From an uncultured Actinomycetota bacterium (GTDB lineage Bacteria > Actinomycetota > Actinomycetes > JAFAQI01), in NCBI GenBank assembly GCA_963770565.1, contig CAVYQE010000002.1:704001-768000 (forward strand): DNA of 64,000 nucleotides, in the 5' to 3' direction. Position 1 is the first letter of the stretch. Each line of letters starts with the position of its first letter. A program made the position numbers and the translations under genes. Shown piece after piece: positions 28,709-38,672 of the stretch. A model generated the notes under the pieces. The model had not been told where the DNA came from and ran no database searches. It worked only from the letters and a program-made list of their open reading frames with translations.

Positions 28709-29914
28709 GTGGCCGAGCCCAACCCGTCGTACGGCGCGAACAGCGAAGTCGGCCGGTTGCGAACCGTCATGCTGCACCGTCCGGGGCCAGAGCTCGCCCG
28801 CCTGACGCCGCGGAACTCGGCCGATCTGCTCTTCGACGGAATCCCGTGGGTGGGGCGGGCGCAGCAAGAGCACGACGAGTTCGCGGGTGCGCTCCGCGAG
28901 CACGGCGTCGAAGTCCTGATCCTCCGCGACCTGTTGATCGAGGCCCTGAAGGTCGACGCCGCGCGCGAGACGCTGATCGCGCACACCTTGGCCGACCAGC
29001 GACTCGGCGACGACCTGCGGCGGATCATCGCCGACCGGCTGGCCGGATCGAGCCCGACCGAGCTTGCCGACGTCTCGATGGCCGGCCTGACCAAGGACGA
29101 GCTCCGGGCCGACTCGGGCATCGTCAGCCGCTTGATGGATCCGCACGACTTCGTGCTTCCACCGCTGCCGAACCTGCTCTTCACCCGCGACTCATCGGTC
29201 TGGCTCGGCGGCGAGGTCGCGGTGACCAGCCCGAGCATGCCGGCCCGGCGGCGTGAGACCTGGCTGACCGATGCGATCTACCGGCACCACCCGCGGTTCG
29301 CCGGAGTGCCGCTGCTCTACACCCATCACGACGAATGGCTCGAGGGCGGCGACGTCCTGCTGCTTGCCCCGGGCGTCATCGCGATCGGCGTCGGGCAGCG
29401 CACCAGGGCAGCCGGCGCCGAAACACTGGCCAACCGCGCCTTCGCCCGGGGCTTCGCGCACACGGTCCTCGTCGTAGCGATTGCCCAAGAGCGCGCCACC
29501 ATGCACCTCGACACGATCGTGACCATGGTCGATCTCGACGCGGTCGTGATGTATCCGGCGGTCGCCGACTCGCTGACCGCGCTCGTGCTCACCAAGCAGG
29601 ACGACGGCCCACCGCTCGTCAGCGAGCCGCGACCCTTCCTGCGCGCGGCCGCTGACGCGATGAAGATCGACGTCCTGCGGGTGATCGACACCGGCCTCGA
29701 CCCGGTCACCGCCGAACGCGAGCAATGGGACGACGGCAACAACACGCTCGCGATCGGACCGCGGGTGGCGGTCGCCTACGAGCGCAATGTCGAGACCAAC
29801 GCCCGGCTCGAAGCCGCCGGCATCGAAGTCGTTGCCATCGCCGGCAGCGAGCTCGGGAGCGGCCGCGGCGGGCCGCGCTGCATGTCCTGCCCGGTCCGGC
29901 GGGACTCGGTCTAG
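28709..29914 (+). CDS. arcA: Arginine deiminase
   Basis: SEVGRLR.V.LHRPG, PNLLFTRD, EGGD, MHLDT, EQWDDGNN, GRGGPRCMSCP. Confidence 0.96.
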   Translation: MAEPNPSYGANSEVGRLRTVMLHRPGPELARLTPRNSADLLFDGIPWVGRAQQEHDEFAGALREHGVEVLILRDLLIEALKVDAARETLIAHTLADQRLGDDLRRIIADRLAGSSPTELADVSMAGLTKDELRADSGIVSRLMDPHDFVLPPLPNLLFTRDSSVWLGGEVAVTSPSMPARRRETWLTDAIYRHHPRFAGVPLLYTHHDEWLEGGDVLLLAPGVIAIGVGQRTRAAGAETLANRAFARGFAHTVLVVAIAQERATMHLDTIVTMVDLDAVVMYPAVADSLTALVLTKQDDGPPLVSEPRPFLRAAADAMKIDVLRVIDTGLDPVTAEREQWDDGNNTLAIGPRVAVAYERNVETNARLEAAGIEVVAIAGSELGSGRGGPRCMSCPVRRDSV

Positions 29915-29916
29915 GT

Positions 29917-30750
29917 CTAGGTCGCGGTGCGGGCTTGCGGAGACTCGGCGAGGTGCGCAAGGACGGCGGCCGGCTGGTTCGTGATGAGGACGTCGACTCC
30001 CAGGCGGACCATCGCGTCGACGTCGTCCGGCTCGTCGACGGTCCACACGTGCACCTGGTGACCGCGCGCGTGCGCGCGCTCGACGTACGACGGGAAGGCC
30101 TTCACGCCTTCCAATGACGGCCCGGCGATCGTCGCGCTCGCCGAGATCGCGCCCTCGCGCAAACGCAGCGGGATCCGCTTCATCAGATGGACGGTGGGCA
30201 GGTCCGGGGCGAGCGCCTTGATCCGACGTAGCCCGGTCGGCGCGAAGCTCATCACCTGCACGCGCACCGAGGCATTGTCGGAACCGCCCGCGAGGCCGAA
30301 CCGTTGCAGCGTCTCGACCAGGGTCAGCTCGACCAACCCGGCGTACCGGGTCGGGTGCTTGGTTTCGATCGCCAGCCGGAGCGGACGGTCGACCGCAGTG
30401 ACGACCTCGAGCAGTCGCTCCAGGGTGAGGACGCTGGTGCGGTCGAGGTCGGGGGCCTCCCAGCTCGCGGTCAGAAGCGGGTCGGGCGCGTCTTCACTTG
30501 ACCCGTTGCGCCACGAGCCGAAGTCCAGCTCGCTGAGGTCGGCCAGCTCCAGGGTGGACACCACGCCGCGGCCGCTCGAGGTGCGGTCAACCCGGCGATC
30601 GTGCACGCAAACCAGGACGCCGTCCCGCGTCAGCCGGACATCGCACTCCACCCCGTCGGCGCCGTCGTCGAGTGCGCGCCGGTAGGCAGCGAGAGTGTGT
30701 TCGGCTTCGACCGCCGACGCCCCGCGATGAGCGACCACTTCGGGGCGCAT
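29917..30750 (-). CDS. Glycerophosphodiester phosphodiesterase
   Basis: VAHRGAS, ECDVRLTRD, HD, IETK, HVWTVD, ITNQP. Confidence 0.93.
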   Translation of the reverse strand: MRPEVVAHRGASAVEAEHTLAAYRRALDDGADGVECDVRLTRDGVLVCVHDRRVDRTSSGRGVVSTLELADLSELDFGSWRNGSSEDAPDPLLTASWEAPDLDRTSVLTLERLLEVVTAVDRPLRLAIETKHPTRYAGLVELTLVETLQRFGLAGGSDNASVRVQVMSFAPTGLRRIKALAPDLPTVHLMKRIPLRLREGAISASATIAGPSLEGVKAFPSYVERAHARGHQVHVWTVDEPDDVDAMVRLGVDVLITNQPAAVLAHLAESPQARTAT

Positions 30751-30860
30751 TCGCACAGCTCACTGTGACACGGGCGCTGCGCCACAACCTGGCAAAGAGG
30801 TGAACCTAGAGTGAAGGTGTCGCCGCGCCGTGCGGGCGTGCCGACCCGGAAAGGGCGACG

Positions 30861-31406
30861 ATGACGACCCGCGACGAGACGCTCGCGCCGGCTGACCGCC
30901 GCTTGTTCTGGCGGTGGGTGGTCGACATCGCCCGGCCCTACCTCGGCTGGGCGCTGCTGGTGCTGGGCGCGATCGCCATCTTCCTCGGTTGGTACGGCGT
31001 CTCCGGCCAGGCGCTGACCGCGAAGCAGCTGCCCTATCTCATTTCGGGCGGGGTCAGCGGGATCGCGCTCGTCCTGGTCGGCGCCGTCGTCCTGGCCACC
31101 GGCACGCTTCGGCGCGAAATGAGCCGGCTCGACGGGGTCGAACGCAAGGTCGATGACCTCTACGCGCTGCTCGTCGCCGAGCCCGTGGCGCCTGATGCGG
31201 CGGAAGACGCGGAGGCAGCCCAGCCGGCTGACTCCGCGCCGGAGTCATTGGTGGCGTTGCCGGACGGGAGGACGTACCACCGGTCGAGTTGCGCCCTCGT
31301 CGCGGGCAAGTCCGACCAGGTGGTCGTCGACCAAAGCGAGATAGCCGCTCGCTCCCTGCGCCCCTGCCCCGTCTGCGATCCGGGTCCGTCCACCGCGAAG
31401 GACTGA
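30861..31406 (+). CDS. Membrane protein with C-terminal Ada-like metal-binding motif
   Basis: Two TM helices, coiled coil, YHRSSC...LRPCPVC. Confidence 0.75.
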   Translation: MTTRDETLAPADRRLFWRWVVDIARPYLGWALLVLGAIAIFLGWYGVSGQALTAKQLPYLISGGVSGIALVLVGAVVLATGTLRREMSRLDGVERKVDDLYALLVAEPVAPDAAEDAEAAQPADSAPESLVALPDGRTYHRSSCALVAGKSDQVVVDQSEIAARSLRPCPVCDPGPSTAKD

Positions 31407-31407
31407 C

Positions 31408-33384
31408 GTGCTCGCCCTCAACTACGCGTTCGCGGGGCTGGCGCTCGGGGCGATCGCCTCGCTCTCGGGCGTCGGCCTGATCATCACCTACCGCGCGACC
31501 GGGGTGTTCAACATCGCCCAGGGCGCGATCGCGATGATCGCGGCGTACCTGTTCTGGGAGGCGGTTGACGACTGGCACGTGCCGGTGGTCGTCGCGGCGA
31601 TCCTGGTGTTGCTGGTGTTCGCGCCCGCGCTCGGCGTACTGGTGGAGCGGATCGTGTTCCGGCCGCTGCAGCGACGTGACGCATCGCCGGCCGAGTCGCT
31701 GGTCGCCACGATCGGCCTGACCGTGCTGCTGATCGGGATCGCGTACAAGGTGTGGGGGCCGCAGGCGCAGTCCGCACCATCCCTGCTGCCGCAGCGGGTC
31801 TGGCAGATCGGCTCGATCACGATCCACGCCGACGCGATGAGCGACCTGGCGATCGTCGTCCTCGGCACCGTCGTGCTCGGGGTGATCACCCGGCGCACGC
31901 TGCTCGGCACCTCGATCCGGGCCGTCGTGGACCGGCGCGACCTGGCTCAGCTGGCCGGCATCGATGCCGACCGGGTCGCTGCGATCGGCTGGGCTACCGG
32001 CGCGTTCATCGCGGCGCTGACCGGCATCCTGATCGCGCCGCAGATCCAGTTCACGCCGTTCGAGCTGACGCTCGTCGTGCTCGAGACTTTCGCGGTGCCG
32101 GTCATCGCGGGCCTAACCAACGTGCCGGTCGCGATCCTCGCCGGTCTAGCGCTCGGAATCGGGTCGAGCGAGATGTCGCTGTTCTCGCCGACCGGCCAGG
32201 CGCTTCAGATCTGGGACGCACTCCAGGCCAACCTGCCGGTCGTAGCCTTGCTGGCCGCGCTGCTGGTGCGAAACCGCTTCGCCGGCACCGGTGTCGACGC
32301 CGGCACCACGGCGTCGTTTGCCAGGCGGCGGGCCACCGAGTTCAGCCCGCGGTGGCGGGTCGGGATGTATACGGTCGCATCGGTGGCGCTGCTCTGCCCA
32401 TTGCTGTTCAGCGACAGCAATCTGCGCCAGGCCCAACAGATCCCGGCCCTCGCAGTGATCTTCACCTCGATCGTCGCCGTTACCGGCTACAGCGGGCAGA
32501 TCTCGCTCGGTCAAGCCGGGTACGCCGGGCTCGGTGCCTTGCTGTTCGGGCGGTTCAGCACCAGCACGCCCGAGCTGATCGCGTTGCTCTGCGCGGCGCT
32601 CGCAGCGGGCGCGGTCGGGTTCCTGACCGGCTACCCGGCGATCCGCCGCCGCGGATTGTTCCTCGCTTTGACGACCTTCGCGGTCGGCACCTTCGTCAGC
32701 CGGTTCGTGTTCCAGCAGCCGTACTTCACCAACGGGCTCCAGGTGCAGCGGCCATCGTTGTTCGGGCTGTCGCTGTCCGGCGACCGGGTTTTCTACGGCT
32801 TCGAACTCGTGGTGCTCGGCCTCGTCTTCCTGATCATGACCAACCTGCGGTCAGGACCGATCGGGCGGGCCCTGATTGCGATCCGCGACAGCGAGCCCGG
32901 TGCCGGATCGGTCGGCGTCGATATCCGCGCGCTGAAGGTGTTCATCTTCACGGTGTCGGCGGTCATCGCCGGAATCGGCGGCGGCTTGCTCGTGCAGCAA
33001 GGCGGTGCGTTCTCCGCCGACGCGTTCGACCCGCTCGCCTCGAGCATTCCGTGGTTTGCCGTCGTGGTGGTGTTCGGCGCCGACAGCGCCGCGGGCGCGG
33101 TTCTCGGCGCGGCCCTCGTCGTACTGATCAACTCGCTGACCTCGAACCCGGACGCCTACCAGATCGTGATCGGCGCGTTCGCGACCTTCATCGGCTTGCT
33201 TCCCGGCGGCGTCTCCGACGCCGCGCGCCGGCTGGTGGTCTGGCTGCTGCATCCGGCCGCGCTCGTGCGCCGGTACGAAGCAACGGTGCCGGCCGGCCGG
33301 CCTCCGCCGGTGCTGAGCGCACGGGGCTTGCACGCCCGCGAGCGGATCCAGGCGGGCAACGCCGCACGGGCGGCGAGCCGATGA
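31408..33384 (+). CDS. Fused LivH-LivM branched-chain amino acid ABC permease
   Basis: TGVFNIAQG, G.SIRAV, GYSGQISLGQ, GRALIAIRDSE. Confidence 0.9.
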   Translation: MLALNYAFAGLALGAIASLSGVGLIITYRATGVFNIAQGAIAMIAAYLFWEAVDDWHVPVVVAAILVLLVFAPALGVLVERIVFRPLQRRDASPAESLVATIGLTVLLIGIAYKVWGPQAQSAPSLLPQRVWQIGSITIHADAMSDLAIVVLGTVVLGVITRRTLLGTSIRAVVDRRDLAQLAGIDADRVAAIGWATGAFIAALTGILIAPQIQFTPFELTLVVLETFAVPVIAGLTNVPVAILAGLALGIGSSEMSLFSPTGQALQIWDALQANLPVVALLAALLVRNRFAGTGVDAGTTASFARRRATEFSPRWRVGMYTVASVALLCPLLFSDSNLRQAQQIPALAVIFTSIVAVTGYSGQISLGQAGYAGLGALLFGRFSTSTPELIALLCAALAAGAVGFLTGYPAIRRRGLFLALTTFAVGTFVSRFVFQQPYFTNGLQVQRPSLFGLSLSGDRVFYGFELVVLGLVFLIMTNLRSGPIGRALIAIRDSEPGAGSVGVDIRALKVFIFTVSAVIAGIGGGLLVQQGGAFSADAFDPLASSIPWFAVVVVFGADSAAGAVLGAALVVLINSLTSNPDAYQIVIGAFATFIGLLPGGVSDAARRLVVWLLHPAALVRRYEATVPAGRPPPVLSARGLHARERIQAGNAARAASR

Positions 33385-34184
33385 CCGCCGCGACCACCGG
33401 CCACCTCGAAGGCCTGGGCATCGTCAAGCGCTTCGGCGGGCTCACTGCGCTCGACGATGTCTCGGTCGAGACCGAGGCCGGCACGATCACAGCCTTGATC
33501 GGCCCGAACGGAGCCGGCAAGACCACGCTGTTCCAATGCCTCACCGGCGTCGAGCAACCCGACGACGGCCGGGTCAAGCTCAACGGCGTCGACATCACCG
33601 GTCGCAGTCCGGACGCACGGGCCCGGCTCGGGATCGGTCGCACCTTCCAGCGACTCGCCATCTTCGAGACGATGACGGTGGCCGACAACCTGCTGGTCGG
33701 CGCCGAGAACCGTACGACGGCAGGGGTTCTGCACCGGGTCGGGGGCATGCTCGCCGGCCTGATCGGCGTCACGATCGGCGACCAGCGGTCGCACGTCCGC
33801 CGGGTCGACGAGGTCATTGGCCTGCTCGGTCTCGATTCGGTACGCAACTCCGCGGCCGGCACGCTGTCAACCGGTACGTTGCGGCTGGTCGAACTCGGTC
33901 GCGCCCTGTGTCACGACCCCCAGGTGCTATTGCTCGACGAACCGGCGAGTGGCCTGGACAGCAGCGAGATCGCGAACCTGCAGCGCACGTTGCGCGCGGT
34001 GGCCGCGCGCGGGGTGGCCGTCCTCCTCGTCGAGCACGATGTCGCGCTGGTGTTCGACCTGGCCGACCGCGTCTACGCGATCGCCGCCGGGCAGCTGATC
34101 GCGACCGGCGGGCCGGCCGCGGTTCGCGCCGATCCAGCCGTGCGAGAGGCCTACCTCGACGTCGAGTCGGCGAGCGGCGGATGA
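33381..34184 (+). CDS. LivG-like ABC ATP-binding protein
   Basis: ATG at 33381; KRFGGLTALDDVS, GPNGAGKTT, RTFQ, LLLDEPASG, VREAYL. Confidence 0.92.
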   Translation: MTAATTGHLEGLGIVKRFGGLTALDDVSVETEAGTITALIGPNGAGKTTLFQCLTGVEQPDDGRVKLNGVDITGRSPDARARLGIGRTFQRLAIFETMTVADNLLVGAENRTTAGVLHRVGGMLAGLIGVTIGDQRSHVRRVDEVIGLLGLDSVRNSAAGTLSTGTLRLVELGRALCHDPQVLLLDEPASGLDSSEIANLQRTLRAVAARGVAVLLVEHDVALVFDLADRVYAIAAGQLIATGGPAAVRADPAVREAYLDVESASGG

Positions 34185-34855
34185 GCGTCGAGCTCTCGCT
34201 TCGCGAAGTCCGCGCCGGCTACGGACCGGTCGAGGTTGTGCACGGCATCAGCCTTGACGTCCCGCACGGCGCGCTGACCGCGATCCTCGGCGCCAATGGC
34301 GCCGGCAAGACGACCCTGCTGTCGGTGATTGCCGGACTGTTGCCGATCCGCTCCGGCTCGATCCGGTGGAACGCTGCCTCCATCGCGGGTCTGGCCCCGC
34401 ACGAGCGGGCCGAGGCCGGCATGCTGCTCATCCCGGAGCGGCGCGGGGTGTTCCCTGCGCTCTCCGTTCGCGACAACCTCGAGGTGTTCTCACACTCCCG
34501 GCAAGGCTGGGATGGTGCATTCGCCGCGTTTCCGGTGTTGCGCGACCGGCTCGACCAGCCAGCCGGCCTGCTCTCGGGGGGCGAGCAGCAGATGCTGGCG
34601 ATGTCCCGCGCGCTGCTCCGGTCGCCGAAGTTGCTGCTCCTCGACGAGATCTCGCACGGACTCGCGCCGCGAGTGACCCGCCAGCTCTTCGATGTCGTTG
34701 CCGACCTCGCCCGCCGGGGCACCACCGTCGTACTGGTCGAGCAGCATCTGTCCGACGCGTTGCGGATGGCTGACGTGGTCTTCCTGCTGAGCCGCGGCGA
34801 GGTCGCGTTCGCCGGCGAGCCCGGGGAGCTGTCCGGGTCGTCGCTGACCGGCTAG
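34181..34855 (+). CDS. LivF-like ABC ATP-binding protein
   Basis: ATG at 34181; GANGAGKTT, LSGGEQQMLA, LLLDE, VEQ. Confidence 0.92.
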   Translation: MSVELSLREVRAGYGPVEVVHGISLDVPHGALTAILGANGAGKTTLLSVIAGLLPIRSGSIRWNAASIAGLAPHERAEAGMLLIPERRGVFPALSVRDNLEVFSHSRQGWDGAFAAFPVLRDRLDQPAGLLSGGEQQMLAMSRALLRSPKLLLLDEISHGLAPRVTRQLFDVVADLARRGTTVVLVEQHLSDALRMADVVFLLSRGEVAFAGEPGELSGSSLTG

Positions 34856-34864
34856 CCGAAGAGT

Positions 34865-36235
34865 TCAGTTGGCCGGGTAGCTGAAGTTCGGCACCCGGAA
34901 GCAGTTCGTGTCCATGTTGGGCACCTGGGTGACCCAGGCGTCCTTGGAGCTGACCCACCGCGCGACGTTGATGCAGTCGCGGACGGTCTTGGGCTCGACG
35001 GTGTCATCGGTGAACTTGCGCGGCGTGAGCAGGCCGTCACCGTCGTACGGCTGGCTTCGGGTCATGAACTGCTCGAGGCAGGTCCTGGTCAGGGCGCCCC
35101 CACAGCTGTCGGCCGCATCGGCGAACCAGAGTCCGCCGGCCCATCCCTCAAGCGCCCACTCCGAGAGCTGCTTCGAGCCACCGTCGCCGTCCGCGGACAT
35201 CTGCTGGCGGAAAAGGGCGACTTGGTGATACTTCGTGTCCTCGAAGCTGCGGGTGTTGCCGGTGACCCACAACTCGTTGCGGCACTTGGGCGACGAGGCG
35301 TAGTTGGCGTTCACCGACTGGTTCCAGGCCTGCGTGGTGAGCACCTTCGCGGTCAGCGTCACGTCGTTGTCATCGAGGGCATTGCAGAGCCGCTGGTTGC
35401 CGCCGTTGTCCAGCGCGTCGTACACGTACTGCACGCCGGCGTGCTTGAACGCGATCGCGATGCTGTTGTAGTCGGGCAGCGCGAAGTTCACCACCTTCAC
35501 CACGACGGTGTAGCCCTCGAGGCGTAGGCCTTGCGCGATGCTGTTGCCGAAACGCTCGGAGTCCGACTGGTTGTATTCGACGACACCCGCCTTGAGTGGC
35601 ACCTGCGGGAACTTCACCTTGAAGTAGTGGTAGACCTCGGTGCCGCCGAAGAGCTGGCCGTGCAAGCCGGGCTGGCCGTTGCGCGGGTATGACTCGCCGT
35701 AGATGTCGAAGAGGTTCCGGTAGGTGTTGTAAGCGTTGTCGATCGGCTGACCGCCGACGTCGGGCACATTCTGGGCGTTGACGAACGAGGCACCGGCATA
35801 GTCGATTGCTGCGTTCGAGACGAGGGCGAAGACGTGGTCTTTTTGGATCAGCGTGTGCACGCAGACGTTGTTCTCGATCGAGGAGCCCTGGTCGTCGCAG
35901 GTGCGCAGCACGAGCTGCCGGCCGTGCACCCCTCCGTTCGCGTTGGTGTAGCGGACGAACGCCTGCAACCCCAACGTCGGACCGACGAAGGACTGCGGGT
36001 CGAACGGGTTGGTAACGCTGGCGATCTGGCCGATTGTGATCGTCGTCGGGGTGACCCCGACGTCGGATGCGGTGTTGCCGGTCGTCGGAGTCGGGCTGGC
36101 GCTCGTGCCGGTTGTCGGCGATCCGCTCGGGTGTTGCTGGCCGGTGAACGCACTGTCGGGCAGCCGGGTGCCGCAGGCCGCGAGGGCAGACAGCGCCGCT
36201 GCCAGCGCCACCGCCGAACGCACGCGCCGCATCAC
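34865..36235 (-). CDS. Liv-type ABC substrate-binding lipoprotein
   Basis: Lipobox LAAC; DVGVTPTTITIG, NANGGVHGRQL...CDD. Confidence 0.88.
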   Translation of the reverse strand: MMRRVRSAVALAAALSALAACGTRLPDSAFTGQQHPSGSPTTGTSASPTPTTGNTASDVGVTPTTITIGQIASVTNPFDPQSFVGPTLGLQAFVRYTNANGGVHGRQLVLRTCDDQGSSIENNVCVHTLIQKDHVFALVSNAAIDYAGASFVNAQNVPDVGGQPIDNAYNTYRNLFDIYGESYPRNGQPGLHGQLFGGTEVYHYFKVKFPQVPLKAGVVEYNQSDSERFGNSIAQGLRLEGYTVVVKVVNFALPDYNSIAIAFKHAGVQYVYDALDNGGNQRLCNALDDNDVTLTAKVLTTQAWNQSVNANYASSPKCRNELWVTGNTRSFEDTKYHQVALFRQQMSADGDGGSKQLSEWALEGWAGGLWFADAADSCGGALTRTCLEQFMTRSQPYDGDGLLTPRKFTDDTVEPKTVRDCINVARWVSSKDAWVTQVPNMDTNCFRVPNFSYPAN

Positions 36236-36693
36236 GGCGCCTTCGGCGTGATCTCGATCCGGTCAAGCAGGTCGTGCAGCCGCTCCATTCCCAACCCGAC
36301 CGCGAACCACACCGGCGCGTACGCCGGGCGGACCAGTCCTCGCCAATGAGCCGGCTCGGCCTTTCGTCCTCGCGGCCGCGAGTAGTCCCACGGCACCTCG
36401 CCGGTGACCACGCGCAGAACCTCGCCACTCGCCGCCTCAACCGCGTAGATGCCCGTCGTCCACGCCAGCCCGCGTTGCCACCACGGCCGGCCGCCTCGGC
36501 GGGCCGCGTCGTACGCCGGTTCGAACAACACGGCGGCAGAGGCGTAGACCGGCAGCATCCAGGCGTACGTCGTACCGGTCAGCCGCCAGTCGCCGTCGCG
36601 ACCCGGGCTCCGGATCGCGGTCGTGACCACCTCGCTGCACCAGCCGGCCAAGCCGTAGGCCAAGGCCCGCTGTCCTCGAGTAAGCCGGCTCAT
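36232..36693 (-). CDS. Small membrane protein, DUF1113/CmpB-like
   Basis: ATG at 36693; YGLAGWCSEV, G.TYAWMLPVY, E..SG, PWDYS, YAPVWF. Confidence 0.75.
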   Translation of the reverse strand: MSRLTRGQRALAYGLAGWCSEVVTTAIRSPGRDGDWRLTGTTYAWMLPVYASAAVLFEPAYDAARRGGRPWWQRGLAWTTGIYAVEAASGEVLRVVTGEVPWDYSRPRGRKAEPAHWRGLVRPAYAPVWFAVGLGMERLHDLLDRIEITPKAP

Positions 36694-38072
36694 CCGCCCA
36701 TCATCGCCGCTGGCGCCATCCGGCGGCGGCGCGCCACGACGATCGGGGCGGTTGCGAGCGCGGCAGCCGCGAACGAGAGCAGCGACGCGCTCATCCACGA
36801 CTGGACACTCAGGTGCAGCCAGCCGTCGACATCGGTCCACATCCGGGCCCACCAGCCACCGGCGCTCGGCTCGATCAGCTGGTAGACGACGAAGCCGAGC
36901 AGCCAGGGCGCAACAGTGCCGAGGCGCGCAGGCGCGGCCAGGCTCACGTCCCAGGTGTGGAGTCGGCGGGTCGCGTAGTAGTCGACCAGGAAAACGGCGG
37001 TCAGTGGGACGAGAACCGAGGCAAGCAGCAGCAGGAAGTTGATGTAGTTGTTGATGTTCAACGCCAGCGCGCCGACCGTCGCGAACCCGCAGACGGCTGC
37101 TGTGAACAGCCGCCGGTCGATTCGCGGCCAAACGTTCTGCAACGACACCACTGCCGAATAGCCGTCGGCGAAGGACTCGTCGAGCTCACGCAGGACGAGC
37201 ACGCCGAAAGCCAGCCAGCCGACCGGCACCGCGATGAATGCGCCGAACATGTCGTGCTGGAGGTTGCCGTCGCTGGCGCGCACGACGGTCGCGAGCGCCA
37301 CCAGGCCGAGTGCGTATCCGGCGACCTGGGTGACGGTGTAGCCGATCATCGCGCCGCCGAAGGCACTGCGCGGCGAGCGGCTGTGCCGGGTGTAGTCGCT
37401 CGCCAGCGGCGCCCACGACACCGCGACCGCGATCGCGACGTCCGCGCCGGCCCAGAAGCCGGTCCACGAGCCGTGGGTGAGTGACGGCATCGGGTGGCGC
37501 AGCAGCTGGACGAACAGATACGTCGTCGTGACCACCACCGCGCCGAGGGCATAGCGCCGCAGGATGCGGACCGCACCGAGCGGCCGGATCGTCATGGCCG
37601 CGGTGAGCAAGCCGGCGATGACGACGTACGGCCAGCGGTGAGCATGCCAGGGCAGCAGCTGCTGGGCCGCCGAGGCAATGACGACGATCTCGAAGACGGT
37701 CCAGCCGAGTAGCTGCAGGACGTTGACCGTGGTCGGCAGATAGGACAGCCGCCGGCCGAACAATCCGCGCATCAAGACCATCGACGGCGCGCCGGTCTGC
37801 GCGCCCGGCACGGCCGCTGCGGCGATCAGCAGCGAGCCGAAGACCGTGCCGACCACGACTGCGAGCCCGGCCGCAAGGAACGACAAGCGCGGGCCGCCGA
37901 CCTCGGGCGCCAGCACGCTGACCGCGCCGACCGGCGCGAGGATGGTGACCCCGAGGTTGCCCCACAACCCGAGTTGGTCGAGCCACCCGAGCACCTTCGG
38001 CGCCGGCTCGGCGAGGGTGAGTGGCACCTCGCCGCGGGTTGCACGCGGTCCACCCTCGACAGTCGCGGTCAT
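36690..38072 (-). CDS. NCS1-family permease, CytX-like (thiamine precursor uptake)
   Basis: About 12 TM helices; W.NLG, GAPSMV, SWAPLASDYTR; TPP riboswitch upstream. Confidence 0.88.
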   Translation of the reverse strand: MTATVEGGPRATRGEVPLTLAEPAPKVLGWLDQLGLWGNLGVTILAPVGAVSVLAPEVGGPRLSFLAAGLAVVVGTVFGSLLIAAAAVPGAQTGAPSMVLMRGLFGRRLSYLPTTVNVLQLLGWTVFEIVVIASAAQQLLPWHAHRWPYVVIAGLLTAAMTIRPLGAVRILRRYALGAVVVTTTYLFVQLLRHPMPSLTHGSWTGFWAGADVAIAVAVSWAPLASDYTRHSRSPRSAFGGAMIGYTVTQVAGYALGLVALATVVRASDGNLQHDMFGAFIAVPVGWLAFGVLVLRELDESFADGYSAVVSLQNVWPRIDRRLFTAAVCGFATVGALALNINNYINFLLLLASVLVPLTAVFLVDYYATRRLHTWDVSLAAPARLGTVAPWLLGFVVYQLIEPSAGGWWARMWTDVDGWLHLSVQSWMSASLLSFAAAALATAPIVVARRRRMAPAAMMGG

Positions 38073-38076
38073 CGGC

Positions 38077-38170
38077 CCACTTCCTACGCCGGCATGATCC
38101 GGTTCAGGTACGGCGGTCGGCGACCGGTAGTCGCCCTCTCAGCCCAGTCGCCCGGACTCCCGCGTGTCAG
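38077..38170 (-). ncRNA. TPP riboswitch
   Basis: Minus strand GCGGGAG...GGGCTGAGAG...GACCGCCGTACCTGAACCGGATCATGCCGGCGTAGGAAG. Confidence 0.95.
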
Positions 38171-38216
38171 GCCCGACTGTACGCCGCCCCGCCTGCCTCC
38201 TTTCCAAGCGATGCGG

Positions 38217-38549
38217 TCAGTCGACGTCGGGCGGCTGCCCGTTCTCACTCACCAACGGGCGGCCGGCGGCCGCCCACGCGGGCATACCGCCGACCAGCTT
38301 TCGGCCGGCGTACCCGTGCTCGTTCAGCAAGGCGGTCGAGCGGGTCGATCGACCGCCGCCGTGGCAGACGACGACCACGTCCCGGTCGTTCGGGACCTCG
38401 GCCAGCCGGTCGGCGAGCTGATCCGCGGGCACGTGCAGCGCGCCCGGCGCGTGGCCGGCGGCCCATTCCTCGGGTCCGCGCACGTCGAGCAGCACCACAT
38501 CCTCGGGCAGGTCGCCCGCGGCAATCAGCGGAACATCGTCTGGCTGCAT
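38217..38549 (-). CDS. Rhodanese-like domain protein
   Basis: LLDVR...EWAAGHAPGA, VVCHGGGRS, GGMPAW. Confidence 0.92.
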   Translation of the reverse strand: MQPDDVPLIAAGDLPEDVVLLDVRGPEEWAAGHAPGALHVPADQLADRLAEVPNDRDVVVVCHGGGRSTRSTALLNEHGYAGRKLVGGMPAWAAAGRPLVSENGQPPDVD

Positions 38550-38580
38550 GCCCAGAGTCTGGCCCAGCCCGCCCTAAGCG

Positions 38581-38651
38581 ATGTCACATTGCCCCGCACT
38601 TCGTGGGGGGAATGTGACTTCACCCCGCGGTTTCCCGGGGCAATGTGACAT
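38581..38651. repeat. Palindromic REP-like repeat
   Basis: Perfect 16-bp inverted repeat atgtcacattgccccg/cggggcaatgtgacat with a related internal half-site. Confidence 0.7.
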
Positions 38652-38672
38652 TGCTTTGGGCGGGTCAGCCGA

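Noticed and set aside
31752-34184. 810-aa ORF suggesting a giant ATPase fusion
   Set aside because: The upstream part is an off-frame shadow of the permease; LivG starts at 33381.
12587-38651. Palindromic repeats as a CRISPR array
   Set aside because: Copies are isolated, with no repeat-spacer periodicity and no cas genes in the window.
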